Shown one piece after another: positions 9,682 through 19,349 of a stretch of DNA of 64,000 bases. This stretch comes from Patescibacteria group bacterium (GTDB lineage Bacteria; Patescibacteriota; Patescibacteriia; UBA1558; GWA2-36-10), in contig JAQUKX010000005.1 in assembly GCA_028718865.1 (NCBI GenBank), forward strand, positions 368 to 64,367, given 5' to 3'. Within the stretch, counting starts at the first letter, position 1, and the number at the start of each line of letters is the position of its first letter. The notes under the pieces were generated by a model. That model did no database searches, had not been told where the DNA came from, and saw nothing but the letters and a program-made list of their open reading frames with translations. Position numbers and translations under genes: made by a program.

Positions 9682-10578
9682 TTACACGGCAATTGGCGCT
9701 TTAATGGCCGGATATGGATCATAATTTTCCAGAGTAAAATCCTCATATTTAAAATCTTCTATATTTTTGACCTCTGGATTTATTTTCATAGTTGGTAATT
9801 TTCTGGGCTGACGTGATAATTGTTCTTTGACCTGCTCAAAATGATTGCTGTAAATATGCAAATCGCCGTAAACGTGGACAAAAGTTCCTGGCTGAAGGCC
9901 CGTCACTTGAGCAACCATCATCAGTAGCAGTGAATAAGAAGCAATATTAAATGGCACGCCCAAAAATGTATCACAACTTCTCTGATACATTTGTAGCGAC
10001 AATTTACCCTCAGCTACATAAAACTGAAAAAGCAAATGACAAGGCGGCAAGGCCATCTGAGGAATCTGAGGCGGATTCCAAGCCGAAACTATCATCCGCC
10101 TATCATTGGGATTATTTTTTATTCTTTCAATTACATCTTTGAGCTGATCTACTCCGCCAAAATCCCGCCACTGCCGGCCATAGACTGGGCCAAGATCTCC
10201 CCACTGCTGGGCAAAATCAGCATCATTTTTTATCTCTTCCACAAACTCCTGCATTTTTTCTTCCCACTCTGGACTGTATTTAGGATATTTGTCTGCCAAG
10301 CCACTGGCCTCCAGATATTTTTGATAAGGCCATTCATTCCAAATCTTGACGCCATTGTCCACTAGATATTTGATATTGGTCTCACCACGAACAAACCAAA
10401 TCAGCTCATGAATAATACCTTTAAGAAATACTTTTTTGGTGGTAAGAAGCGGGAAGCCTTGACTCAAATCAAAATGAGCTTGAGCGCCAAAAACACTACG
10501 CGTGCCCACACCTGTTCTATCGCCTTTGTCTACACCCTCATCCATTATTTTTTGCAGTAGTTCCAAATATTGTTTCAT
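9682..10578 (-). CDS. thyA: Thymidylate synthase
   Basis: [50 protein letters not shown]. Confidence 0.98.
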   Translation of the reverse strand: MKQYLELLQKIMDEGVDKGDRTGVGTRSVFGAQAHFDLSQGFPLLTTKKVFLKGIIHELIWFVRGETNIKYLVDNGVKIWNEWPYQKYLEASGLADKYPKYSPEWEEKMQEFVEEIKNDADFAQQWGDLGPVYGRQWRDFGGVDQLKDVIERIKNNPNDRRMIVSAWNPPQIPQMALPPCHLLFQFYVAEGKLSLQMYQRSCDTFLGVPFNIASYSLLLMMVAQVTGLQPGTFVHVYGDLHIYSNHFEQVKEQLSRQPRKLPTMKINPEVKNIEDFKYEDFTLENYDPYPAIKAPIAV

Positions 10579-10602
10579 AATTTATTATTTATTATTGCGA
10601 GG

Positions 10603-10655
10603 GGTCTAAAGTAAAAGCGTTTTAGGATTTTAATCCCTTAGCGTTACTTTAGACC
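10603..10655. repeat. Intergenic inverted repeat
   Basis: GGTCTAAAGTAA (10603-10614) / TTACTTTAGACC (10644-10655). Confidence 0.7.
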
Positions 10656-10719
10656 GCGAGCAAATAAAATACATTTTTTATTTTTACCTTTTCAAAAAAT
10701 TTTGAATTTATTTAACAGA

Positions 10720-11259
10720 CTAAACTAATTTATCCAATTGTTTATAAAACTCCTCCAAAGAACCGTTATTATCCACCACTACGTCTGCTTTTTCCATCAA
10801 CTCCGGAATACTCAACTCGGTTTCCAACTGATGGTCAGCGACAAACTCTTCCCAAGTTTTGCTCTGATCATCAGGATTTTCTCCTCTTTTTACCAAGCGC
10901 TGATAACGAATCTTCATATCTCCTTCAATGGCTATTAATAAAAATCCCTTGATTTTGCTCAAGTGTTCTACATCAGCCAAACGACGAGCTCCGTCAATCA
11001 CTACAATGTCTGTCTCTGCTTGTTTGGCGTCCTCAGCCATTACTTTGGCAAAAATATCCTCGGCAAAATTCTCTCTAACTATTCTGGAAAGCAAAGACAT
11101 ATTTTCTCTGGATTGAGGCAAATAAAGCCTATCTAAAAGATCACGCATAATAGTAGAAAATCGAAAAGTCTTGGCGTCGTATTTTTCTGCCAAATATTTG
11201 GTAGCTGTGCCTTTGCCACAGGCTGGTAGTCCGGTAAAAACAAGAATTTTTTTGGTCAT
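10720..11259 (-). CDS. P-loop nucleoside monophosphate kinase-like protein (dephospho-CoA/NMP kinase family)
   Basis: GLPACGKGT P-loop, IDGAR, ADVVVDNNGSLEE; sits in a pyrimidine deoxynucleotide cluster. Confidence 0.8.
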   Translation of the reverse strand: MTKKILVFTGLPACGKGTATKYLAEKYDAKTFRFSTIMRDLLDRLYLPQSRENMSLLSRIVRENFAEDIFAKVMAEDAKQAETDIVVIDGARRLADVEHLSKIKGFLLIAIEGDMKIRYQRLVKRGENPDDQSKTWEEFVADHQLETELSIPELMEKADVVVDNNGSLEEFYKQLDKLV

Positions 11260-11286
11260 ATTTTGACTTGACTCAATATTTTAAAA

Positions 11287-11793
11287 TTATTCTATTTTTA
11301 ATTTTCTAGTTGGCTTATGTTCTCTCAATTTTACTCCACTGGCTTCAAACAAGCGACGGGAAGCAATAAAAATATCCACATCCCTATATTTATCATCTTG
11401 ATACACTACTTCTTTTATGCCTGCTTGAATAATAGCCTTGGCACAATCATTGCAAGGAAAAAGATGACAATACAAACGACCGCCTGCTACTGATTTATTA
11501 GCATTTAAAATAGCATTTATCTCCGCATGCACCACATAAGGATATTTTGTTTTCAAAAATTCTTCTTTTTCATAACCACCGTCTCTATCCCAAGGAAAAA
11601 CTCCTTCATCCACTCCTCTGGGCCAGCCATTGTAGCCCAAACCAAGAATAACATTATTTTCATCCACCACCACTGCACCAGTATGAGTGGAAGGGTCTTT
11701 GGAGCGCTCAGCTATCAAGTCAACCATAAGCATAAAAGTATCATCCCAGGATAAAACTCCTTTTCTTGGCTCGGTTTTTCCTGCTTTTTTCAT
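11287..11793 (-). CDS. dCMP deaminase
   Basis: RSKDP, GYNG, HAEINA and PCNDC zinc-binding motifs. Confidence 0.94.
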   Translation of the reverse strand: MKKAGKTEPRKGVLSWDDTFMLMVDLIAERSKDPSTHTGAVVVDENNVILGLGYNGWPRGVDEGVFPWDRDGGYEKEEFLKTKYPYVVHAEINAILNANKSVAGGRLYCHLFPCNDCAKAIIQAGIKEVVYQDDKYRDVDIFIASRRLFEASGVKLREHKPTRKLKIE

Positions 11794-11800
11794 AATATTT

Positions 11801-12583
11801 TTATTTTAAAATTTTTAATACTTTGTCAGCTACTATTTTATTATTAGCAGTTATAAACATATCATTACTATCATCGCCTTCTATGTTGCCATCAAAATCT
11901 ACCACCACTGCTCCTGCTTCTTTAGCAATCAACTTACCAGCTACAAAATCATACAAATCACAACCTCGATTAAAAATAGCTTCCATTTTGCCAGATGCCA
12001 AAAGACAAAAATCAATTCCTACCGACCAATTAAAACACATTCTTCTAATATCTGATTCCACCACCTTGGTCATATAAGAAGCATTTAATTTTTTTTCTTC
12101 ATCAGTTTTCATGTATCCCCATACCATGCTTATGCAAACATCTTTGGTATCTTTTTTATCATTTACATTTATTTTATTACCATTTAAAAATGCTCCTTTG
12201 CCTTTCATTGCATAATATACGTTGTCCAATATTGGTTGATAAACCAAACCAAAAATTGTTTCTTTATTTTTTTGCAAAGCAATTATGATAGAAAAATTGG
12301 GAATGCCCATGACAAAATTATTAGAAGCATCCAAAGGATCAATAATAAAAGTATATTCTGAACCGTTTTCTATATTATCAGTTTCCTCAGAATGAATATT
12401 ATAATCTGGAAATTCTTTTTTAAGTATTTTTAAAATAGCCTCTTCAGACTCCAGATCAGCTTTGGTCCTGATATCAGCTGGCATAGACTTTTCTTCTATA
12501 GCCAAAAGCTGGCCTAAATAATGCTTTAAAACTTGACCGCCAGCTTTGGCTGCTTCTATTATTTTTTGGTATTTTTCTTCCAT
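11801..12583 (-). CDS. Inositol monophosphatase family protein
   Basis: TKADLESE, SEE, IIDPLDASNNF, YDFVAG. Confidence 0.9.
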   Translation of the reverse strand: MEEKYQKIIEAAKAGGQVLKHYLGQLLAIEEKSMPADIRTKADLESEEAILKILKKEFPDYNIHSEETDNIENGSEYTFIIDPLDASNNFVMGIPNFSIIIALQKNKETIFGLVYQPILDNVYYAMKGKGAFLNGNKINVNDKKDTKDVCISMVWGYMKTDEEKKLNASYMTKVVESDIRRMCFNWSVGIDFCLLASGKMEAIFNRGCDLYDFVAGKLIAKEAGAVVVDFDGNIEGDDSNDMFITANNKIVADKVLKILK

Positions 12584-12647
12584 ACTTGTTTTCTAATTTT
12601 AGCAAAATAAACAACTTTTTTCAAACTAAAAATTTAGCCAATATTAG

Positions 12648-13235
12648 CTAAATTTTTCTAAGATTAGCCTTTCTTATTTTATAATCAGGAATTGTTTTTG
12701 CCACTAGTTGCCAAAAAGCCGGACTATGATTCATTTCGCGCGTGTGGCAAAGCTCATGCACTATAATATAATCGGCAATTTCGGGTGGTAAAAGACAAAG
12801 TCGATAATTAAAATTGAGATTTTTATCAGTTGAGCAAGACCCCCAACGGCTTTTTTGGTTTCTAATAGCTACTCGCCTATAAGAAAAACCATAAAATTGG
12901 TTGAAATACTCCAAGCGACTTTTAACCAAAATTCTAGTTTGTTTTTTATACTGCCTGACTTGAAGTTCTGTATGTCTGAGGCCAAAAATACTGGGGTTGC
13001 TTTTTATTTTTTCCACATTTTTGGCTATCCAGTCAAAGCGAGAAATCAAAAATTTTTTGAGCAAAAAAATCGGATAAAGACTGGGGACGGTCACAGTCAA
13101 TGATCCATCCTGGGCAAGGCTCAAACGCAAAGTTCTAGTATAAGGCCGCCGCCGCAAAGTATAAGGATAATCAAGTCCTTGGATTTTTATTTTTCTTTGT
13201 TCAGTTTTTATCGTCATTTTTATTTTCCCAGCCAC
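12648..13235 (-). CDS. M48/YgjP (DUF45) family metallopeptidase-like protein; true start may be 13217
   Basis: QKSRWGSCS and YIIVHELCH...NHSPAFW. Confidence 0.9.
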   Translation of the reverse strand: MAGKIKMTIKTEQRKIKIQGLDYPYTLRRRPYTRTLRLSLAQDGSLTVTVPSLYPIFLLKKFLISRFDWIAKNVEKIKSNPSIFGLRHTELQVRQYKKQTRILVKSRLEYFNQFYGFSYRRVAIRNQKSRWGSCSTDKNLNFNYRLCLLPPEIADYIIVHELCHTREMNHSPAFWQLVAKTIPDYKIRKANLRKI

Positions 13236-13605
13236 TTAGCAAAGCTGATTGTCCGGCTTGAGTATAAGCCCGAATCAAGCCTCCTACTCCCAGCTTGATA
13301 CCGCCAAAATAACGGACAACCACCAACAGACAATTTTCCAGTTCTTTTTTCTGCAGAAGATAAAGCAAAGGCGCGCCAGCCGAAGCAGCTGGCTCTTTGT
13401 CGTTGACAAATTTTTCCCTCCAAACACCGCCTGATTTCAAACGATAGGCATAAACCAAGTGGCTGGCGTCAGAATATTCTTTTTTTAGCTCAGCGATTTT
13501 TTCTCTGATTACCTCCTCGCTGTCCAGCCAAAAACAAAAACCCAAAAATTTGGATTTTTTGATTATAATCTCACTAGGTATATTTTGCAGATTTTTGCCG
13601 GCCAA
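13201..13605 (-). CDS. YigZ/IMPACT family protein
   Basis: IKKSKF, ASHLVYAY, DKEPAASAG, VVRYFGGIKLGVGGLIRAY. Confidence 0.93.
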   Translation of the reverse strand: MAGKNLQNIPSEIIIKKSKFLGFCFWLDSEEVIREKIAELKKEYSDASHLVYAYRLKSGGVWREKFVNDKEPAASAGAPLLYLLQKKELENCLLVVVRYFGGIKLGVGGLIRAYTQAGQSALLSGWENKNDDKN

Positions 13606-13620
13606 AGTACTGTTGCTAAT

Positions 13621-13860
13621 TTATTGCTCGTCGACTACTTTATGTCCTTTGTTTTTATTCTTGTCTTTGGAACCACAAAGCCAGCACCAGCAGCCGCCAT
13701 CACCTTTTTTCTTCTTGCTTTTATCAGCAATGGACAGACCTAAGAATATAATCAGCAAAGGCCAAAGATAGCCCCAAAAATCGCCGGCGATAATGCCCAT
13801 ATTTTTGAGCAGGAAAAACACGCCGACTATTACTAGAAATAATCCAAACATAATTTTCAC
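13621..13860 (-). CDS. Small two-TM membrane protein (LiaI/DUF5668-like)
   Basis: GLFLVIVGVFFLLKNMG...LWPLLIIFLG. Confidence 0.7.
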   Translation of the reverse strand: MKIMFGLFLVIVGVFFLLKNMGIIAGDFWGYLWPLLIIFLGLSIADKSKKKKGDGGCWCWLCGSKDKNKNKGHKVVDEQ

Positions 13861-14148
13861 AATTAATAATTAATTTTCAAAATTACTTCGGTAAAAATGG
13901 CTTGAGATAATCCATCTGGCTCAAAAGGTCAAAACCAATGACAAAAACTACATAAAAAACCGCAATGCTACCAAATATAAAGCCCAAAAAAATCAAAACT
14001 TTTTTCTGTTGGCTGGTCATAGCTCTTTAATTATAGCAGATTTTTCCATTGTTGACAGCTTATTTTTTAGTAAAAATAAAAGCGGCCGACATGCTGTCAA
14101 CCGCCCGATTTTCATAGGCTTTGCTATGACTGTGGAAAGAACTAATAC

Positions 14149-14475
14149 TCAAATGCCATTGGTGCTTCGACACTGGTTGATAATAGGCGCGATAAGGTGA
14201 TTGACATGCTCGCTCAATCCGCCGTTGGGCATTGCTGCCTCTCCTTTGATGATCAGCTGAGCAAGAACGATCAAATCGCCTTTGCCCAAACTGGCGACTC
14301 GATCGCAATCGCAAATTCTGGGGCACTTGGCCGAACACAACGGCCTATTACCCAAAATACTCAACTTATACTCACTCAAAAAAGCTCTTGCTATCCACAC
14401 CAAACGATCCATGGGAGTGTTTTCATCGATTTGAATACTCGCCTGTTGGCTAGGCCTAGCCGTCAATGCCTTCAT
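14149..14475 (-). CDS. Orphan protein with a Cys cluster
   Basis: Strong SD (AAGGAGGAGGT) just before the internal ATG of MKALTARP; CSAKCPRICDC; hairpin at ~14080-14110 downstream. Confidence 0.55.
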   Translation of the reverse strand: MKALTARPSQQASIQIDENTPMDRLVWIARAFLSEYKLSILGNRPLCSAKCPRICDCDRVASLGKGDLIVLAQLIIKGEAAMPNGGLSEHVNHLIAPIINQCRSTNGI

Positions 14476-14584
14476 CTGAGAGACCTCCTCCTTGGGCGTC
14501 TTTGAAAACCCTAGAAAATATGCTATCTTTAAGCCGAAGCGGCTCAAAAAAGCGGTGCGAAGATTCTAATCAAAAAAAACAAAA

Positions 14585-15037
14585 ATGTCAACCCTACTGA
14601 TAAATAAAGACGCTGGTTTTAGCTTCAAAATCCTGGAAGAATTTGAAGCTGGCTTGGTTTTGACCGGACAAGAAGTAAAATCCCTCAAAAACAAAAGAGC
14701 CAGCTTCAAAGGCGCCTTTGTCTCTATCAAAAATCAAGAAGCCTGGATAAAAAAAATGCATATTCCCGCCTATGCCAAAGCCTCGCTAATGAGCCTGAAA
14801 AACTACAATCCGGAAAGAGACCGCAAACTGCTTTTAAACAAAAAACAGCTAAGTTATCTGGCCAGCAAAACCGATGAAAAGGGCTTGACAATTATACCTG
14901 TTTCCCTGTATACTAGGCGGAGACTTGTCAAGCTTAAAATCGCTTTGGTCAAAGGAAAAAGGAAGTTTGACAAGCGACAGGACATAAAAAAACGCGATAT
15001 CCAAAGAGATATCCAGCGCAAATTAAAAAGTTATTAG
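14585..15037 (+). CDS. smpB: SsrA-binding protein
   Basis: EAGLVLTGQEVKSL, RDRKLLL, KGKRKFDKR; adjacent to tmRNA. Confidence 0.97.
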   Translation: MSTLLINKDAGFSFKILEEFEAGLVLTGQEVKSLKNKRASFKGAFVSIKNQEAWIKKMHIPAYAKASLMSLKNYNPERDRKLLLNKKQLSYLASKTDEKGLTIIPVSLYTRRRLVKLKIALVKGKRKFDKRQDIKKRDIQRDIQRKLKSY

Positions 15038-15057
15038 CAGTTGCTTTTTTATTTCAG

Positions 15058-15466
15058 GGGGATGTTTTTATTCGATGCCAAATGAAATAAAGCGCCGCAA
15101 GCGGAGTTCATGATCTCCCCAAAATCATCAAAATAAGTGCAAAAAACACTTTTGCTAAAGTCAAAGAGTTGTTTACAGCTCCTAGACTAGCCCCAGTCTT
15201 GGCATAAATTTGCCTCGACCGTTTCCAGATTGATTGGCCTGAGGTCGGCTGGAAGCGCCATTTATCAGGCTAAGGATACAAGTAGTTAGGACTTGCATCT
15301 CGAAAATCAAACTAACTAGATTGTCGGTTCCGCCCAAAGGGCGGCCGCCCTTTGGGCGGTTTTGCCGGTTTTCAAGCTGATAATTGAAAAAACAAAAGCG
15401 GCTAAGCTTGTAGAAACGCTTTAGGCAATTTGTCAGACAGGGGGGCAGTACCCCTCATCTCCACCA
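15058..15466 (+). ncRNA. ssrA: tmRNA; tag ORF 15139-15207 encodes AKNTFAKVKELFTAPRLAPVLA*
   Basis: 5' GGGGATG pairs with 3' CATCTCC-ACCA, giving the G3.U70 alanine identity; ATAAGT|GCA resume context; downstream of smpB. Confidence 0.93.
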
Positions 15467-15574
15467 ATTAATCCCCTGCTAATAAGCCCGAGCCTTAAAA
15501 TTTAATTTTATTTATATTCTCAATATCCCTAAAAGATAAAGAGAGCACCCTTAGCTAATAATTAATAAAAAAAT

Positions 15575-16117
15575 ATAATAAACAATAGATTCTATCGTCC
15601 CAAAAACTTCGGCTCCAAATACCGCATCAATGATCAAATCCGCGTACCGGAAGTAATGATTATTGACGAAAACGGCCAATCTTTGGGACTGATGCCGACC
15701 AATCAAGCGCTTGAACTAGCTACTGATAAAGAGCTAGATCTAGTAGAGGTTTCCCCTTTGGCTCAGCCACCGGTCTGCAAAATCATTGATTATGGCAAAT
15801 TCCAATACCAGCAGAGCCGCAATCAGCAAAAAGCCAAAAGAGTAGAAACCAAAGTCATCCGGCTTTCGCTGGGCATAGGCCAGCATGATTTGGAAGTCAA
15901 AAAAAAGCAGGCCATCAAATTCCTAGAGCAAGGCCACAATCTAAAAATAGAGCTGCGGCTCAAGGGTCGGCAAAAAGCTTTTACTTTTAAAGATAAAGCT
16001 AAAGGAGTGATCAGCCAATTTCTGCAAAATCTAGGGCTGGAATATAAAATGGACAAAGCCATAGAAGCTCAAGGCCACACTCTGACCGCTGCTATCAGTA
16101 AAAAATCAAACAACTAA
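15575..16117 (+). CDS. infC: Translation initiation factor IF-3, probable non-canonical ATA start (15575 or 15578)
   Basis: Conserved RINDQIRVPEV lies in frame upstream of ATG 15656; no ATG/GTG/TTG between it and the in-frame TAA at 15566; DLVEVSP..PPVCKIIDYGK. Confidence 0.92.
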   Translation: MINNRFYRPKNFGSKYRINDQIRVPEVMIIDENGQSLGLMPTNQALELATDKELDLVEVSPLAQPPVCKIIDYGKFQYQQSRNQQKAKRVETKVIRLSLGIGQHDLEVKKKQAIKFLEQGHNLKIELRLKGRQKAFTFKDKAKGVISQFLQNLGLEYKMDKAIEAQGHTLTAAISKKSNN

Positions 16118-16139
16118 GACAAGTAAATAATTGACAAAT

Positions 16140-16334
16140 ATGAAATCCAAGACTAAACAGGCTTTGAAAAAAAGGGTTAAAATAAGTAAAAAGAAAAAAA
16201 TTCTTATACGCACTGGCGGCCAAAATCATTTTAATTCTCGCGAAAGCGGCAAAGTCACTCGCAACAAAAGAAGGGATAAAAAAATCTCTACCGCTAATGT
16301 CAAAATGGTTAAAAAATTACTGCCTTATCTATAA
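16140..16334 (+). CDS. rpmI: 50S ribosomal protein L35
   Basis: KTKQALKKRVKIS; position between infC and rplT. Confidence 0.9.
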   Translation: MKSKTKQALKKRVKISKKKKILIRTGGQNHFNSRESGKVTRNKRRDKKISTANVKMVKKLLPYL

Positions 16335-16374
16335 ATTTTAATAACTTTTATACTTTAAACTTGAAATCAAAAAT

Positions 16375-16725
16375 ATGCCTAGAGTAAAACGCGGCACCAC
16401 TCATGTCAAACGCAGAAAAAATATCCTCAAAGCTACCAAGGGTTATAATTGGGGTAGAAAAAATAAAATAAAGCAAGCCAAGGAAGCTATCTTGCACGCC
16501 GGCGCTCATGCTCTGGCTGACAGGCGCAAAAAAAAGCGGGTCAACCGCCGCCTCTGGCAAATCAAGCTCAATGCTGCCCTGCGCCAGCTTGACTGGAAAT
16601 ACTCTGAGTTTATTGATGCCTTGAAAAAGAATAAATCCGAACTAGACAGAAAAGTGTTGGCCGACATTGCTGAAAAAGATTCTAAGACTTTTGAAAAAAT
16701 CGTCAAAGCTTTGAGAAAAAAATAA
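16375..16725 (+). CDS. rplT: 50S ribosomal protein L20
   Basis: MPRVKRG, DRRKKKR..RRLWQIKLNAA, LDRKVLADIA. Confidence 0.97.
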   Translation: MPRVKRGTTHVKRRKNILKATKGYNWGRKNKIKQAKEAILHAGAHALADRRKKKRVNRRLWQIKLNAALRQLDWKYSEFIDALKKNKSELDRKVLADIAEKDSKTFEKIVKALRKK

Positions 16726-16728
16726 ATA

Positions 16729-16756
16729 AAAATCCGGCTTTTTAGCCGGATTTTTT
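16729..16756. terminator. Bidirectional intrinsic terminator
   Basis: AAAATCCGGCT-TTTT-AGCCGGATTTTTT between convergent genes. Confidence 0.8.
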
Positions 16757-17146
16757 ATTTTTCAAAAATTTCGTAGCTGGATAAAACTTATAAGCAACTA
16801 TGCCCAAAAATATGCCTATTGAATCAATCATAATATCCTTGTGGCTGCCGTGGCGACCAGCAACAAAAGATTGATGCAATTCATCTATCAGAGCATAAGT
16901 CACCACAACAATCACCACAAACAAAAGATGGCGACGCTGATGACTGTCAAAAGCATTGGCCAGTAAATAAGCTAAAACTGCGAAAACAAAAACATGAGCA
17001 ATCTTTCTTAAAATAAAATCATAGGCGGGCGGAAAACCACTAGCTAAATCCGGCCGAGAAGAAAGATAAAAAATAAAAGACGCCCATAAAACTGATAGAA
17101 TAAAAAACAATATTTGCCTTTGGCCTTTATTATAAAAAATTGACAT
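16742..17146 (-). CDS. VanZ family membrane protein
   Basis: IFYLSS, RKIAH, DELHQSFVAGR..S..D...D. Confidence 0.9.
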   Translation of the reverse strand: MSIFYNKGQRQILFFILSVLWASFIFYLSSRPDLASGFPPAYDFILRKIAHVFVFAVLAYLLANAFDSHQRRHLLFVVIVVVTYALIDELHQSFVAGRHGSHKDIMIDSIGIFLGIVAYKFYPATKFLKNKKSG

Positions 17147-17158
17147 TTTGATCCTGCA

Positions 17159-17188
17159 AAAAACAAGCCGAAAGCGGCTTGTTTTTTT
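17159..17188. terminator. Intrinsic terminator
   Basis: AAAAACAAGCCG-AAAG-CGGCTTGTTTTTTT. Confidence 0.75.
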
Positions 17189-17197
17189 ATTATTAAA

Positions 17198-17542
17198 TTA
17201 AGATCCAGACTCCTCTATTTTTCTTTGAGCACTATCTAGAGCGCCCTGCAATGCTTCAATTATATTATTTTCTTGTAAAAACTCTGCCCTGCCACCACCC
17301 TTATATTTTGCTTCCAGTTCTTCGTAGCCATCTTGCCAATTGGCAATTACCTTATCATCAGCTCCGGCCATCACTACCGCCCGCATTACTTTCCGGTAAG
17401 CATCAGCGCCGGGGAAATCCTCGGCCGAATTAGCCTGCTCTATAGCCAAAAGAGCTTTTTCTGCCAATTCTAGAGCCTCTTGCGGCTTAATCTCGCCTTC
17501 CTGCTCAAGCTGAGGGCTAAGAAAATCTAATTTTTCTGCCAT
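17198..17542 (-). CDS. Hypothetical acidic protein
   Basis: 114-aa ATG ORF followed by a terminator. Confidence 0.65.
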   Translation of the reverse strand: MAEKLDFLSPQLEQEGEIKPQEALELAEKALLAIEQANSAEDFPGADAYRKVMRAVVMAGADDKVIANWQDGYEELEAKYKGGGRAEFLQENNIIEALQGALDSAQRKIEESGS

Positions 17543-17616
17543 AAGTTAACTTTAATTGTTATGTATTTATTATAGCAAAAAATCGCCTTTTAGGCGATAA
17601 AAAATCTGCTTTTATC

Positions 17617-17693
17617 TGGCGGGATGGAAGGGACTCGAACCCTCGACCTCCTGCGTGACAGGCAGGCGTTCTAACCAACTGAACTACCACCCC
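17617..17693 (-). tRNA. tRNA-Asp(GTC)
   Basis: GGGGTGGTAGTTCAGTTGGTTAGAACGCCTGCCTGTCACGCAGG...GGTTCGAGTCC...CCA cloverleaf. Confidence 0.97.
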
Positions 17694-17786
17694 AACAGAT
17701 AAAAACAGATTTATTTTAAATATTTTTCAATCCCGCTAAAATCAGGAGACTATCGTTCCAAGAATAAATAGCCAAAATATAATATA

Positions 17787-18575
17787 CTATTTCTTCAATT
17801 TTGGCAAGAAGTAAAGGCCGGCCAAAAACAAAAGAGGCAAAAGCAAGGCAATCAGCTGAGGCAAGCGCCAGCCAAAAAAATCCGGCGTTTCATCTATCCT
17901 GACTGTTTCCATAAAAAACCTTATCAACCCATAAAAAATCAAATAAACAAAAAATACTCGGCCCGCCGCCAATTTGACTTTAAGCAAACTGTGCAGCAAA
18001 AAAAACAAAACTAAACAAAGAATAGACTCGTAAAAAAAGGCCGGCTGGAAAAAATTATAATTTTCATAGCCGCTAACTCTGTTGATCGGATTGATCGGTA
18101 TGCCCCAGCTGGCTGGCTGTCCGTAGAGCTCCTGATTGAAATAATTGCCCCAGCGGCCTATCACTTGACCCAAGGCTACTGCCGGTACCAGTCTATCGCC
18201 AAGAGCCAAAAAGGAAACTTTGTTTTTCACTGACCAAATCAGTAAAGTCAAGGCAGCAAAAACCAAGGCGCCTTGGATAGACATCCCTCCCTGCCAAACT
18301 TTGACAATGTCAGCCGGATTATCAAAATAATAATCAAAATTGAAAAAAAACACATGCCCGAAACGAGCGCCAAGAAGTCCGAAAATAATCAAATAAAAAA
18401 TAAGGTCTTCGGCTTTTTTGGCGCTTAAGACCTCTGATTTTTTAAAACTGTAAAAAGCATAAACTGCCGCTGCTAGCATGGCCAGTACCATAATCAATCC
18501 GTACCAATGCACATTGAACGGCCCAAAAGAAAAAAGCAGAGGCTGGGGTAAATAATTTTGCCAGAAATAAGACAT
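17787..18575 (-). CDS. lgt: Prolipoprotein diacylglyceryl transferase
   Basis: HWYG, LGAR, WQGGMSIQG, GRWGNYFNQELYG, RFFME. Confidence 0.93.
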   Translation of the reverse strand: MSYFWQNYLPQPLLFSFGPFNVHWYGLIMVLAMLAAAVYAFYSFKKSEVLSAKKAEDLIFYLIIFGLLGARFGHVFFFNFDYYFDNPADIVKVWQGGMSIQGALVFAALTLLIWSVKNKVSFLALGDRLVPAVALGQVIGRWGNYFNQELYGQPASWGIPINPINRVSGYENYNFFQPAFFYESILCLVLFFLLHSLLKVKLAAGRVFFVYLIFYGLIRFFMETVRIDETPDFFGWRLPQLIALLLPLLFLAGLYFLPKLKK

Positions 18576-19345
18576 TAGTATTCCCCTTTGACAATAAAGC
18601 CGATTATCTCTTCCCAGAGCTCATAGCTAATAGCCCCGGGAATAAGATTGCCGTTGATTATATAAGTCGGCGTGCCCTCTACGCCGATGCGCGCGCCTTC
18701 GGCCCAAGACTGCTTGATTTCATAAGTATATTTTTCCTCATCCAAGCATTTGTTAAAATCGTTCATATTGATGCCCAAAGGTACGGCAAAGCTCTTGAGA
18801 TTTGTCTTGGTAAATTCAGTCTGGTTTTGATACAAAACATCTCTATACTGCCAATAAGCGCCCTGCTCATTGGCGCAAGCTGCCGCCAAATGAGCTTCAA
18901 ATGATCCCGGATGCAAACTGTCAGTGGGAAAATCTTTGGTGGTAAATCTGACTATTGAGCCAAAATTGGCCAGCATTCTTTTGATATTGGCCTGATCCTC
19001 GCGGCAAAAAGGACAGGTCAAAGACTCATAAGCCACCACATGGATAAAAGGCTCCTCTGATCCCAGCCAAGGGCTATCACCGCTTATTAGCTCAGCAGCT
19101 ATCAGCCGGCTTTGCCTTTCTTCTTCTTCTGTTATCCAAAGGCCAGTGGCTGGATCATAAATTTTACCTTGGCTCATTTGATAAAAAGTATTAGCCAGTA
19201 TATAAGCGAAATAAAGGCTAAAAAGGAAAATCAAGACTGCCAGAACTATCAATATTCTGCCCCAAGTCCGCTTGTACCAAGGCTTAAAATAGCTTTTGAC
19301 TACTGTCTCGTCTATTCTGGCTTTTATTCTTTTTTGCACTCCCAT
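18575..19345 (-). CDS. Membrane-anchored DsbA/thioredoxin-fold protein
   Basis: CPFC active site, AAACANEQG, GVEGTPT. Confidence 0.88.
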   Translation of the reverse strand: MGVQKRIKARIDETVVKSYFKPWYKRTWGRILIVLAVLIFLFSLYFAYILANTFYQMSQGKIYDPATGLWITEEEERQSRLIAAELISGDSPWLGSEEPFIHVVAYESLTCPFCREDQANIKRMLANFGSIVRFTTKDFPTDSLHPGSFEAHLAAACANEQGAYWQYRDVLYQNQTEFTKTNLKSFAVPLGINMNDFNKCLDEEKYTYEIKQSWAEGARIGVEGTPTYIINGNLIPGAISYELWEEIIGFIVKGEY

Positions 19346-19349
19346 ATTT

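Noticed and set aside
15470-15570. Possible L20 leader upstream of infC-rpmI-rplT
   Set aside because: Position fits, but I could not identify the consensus structure by eye.
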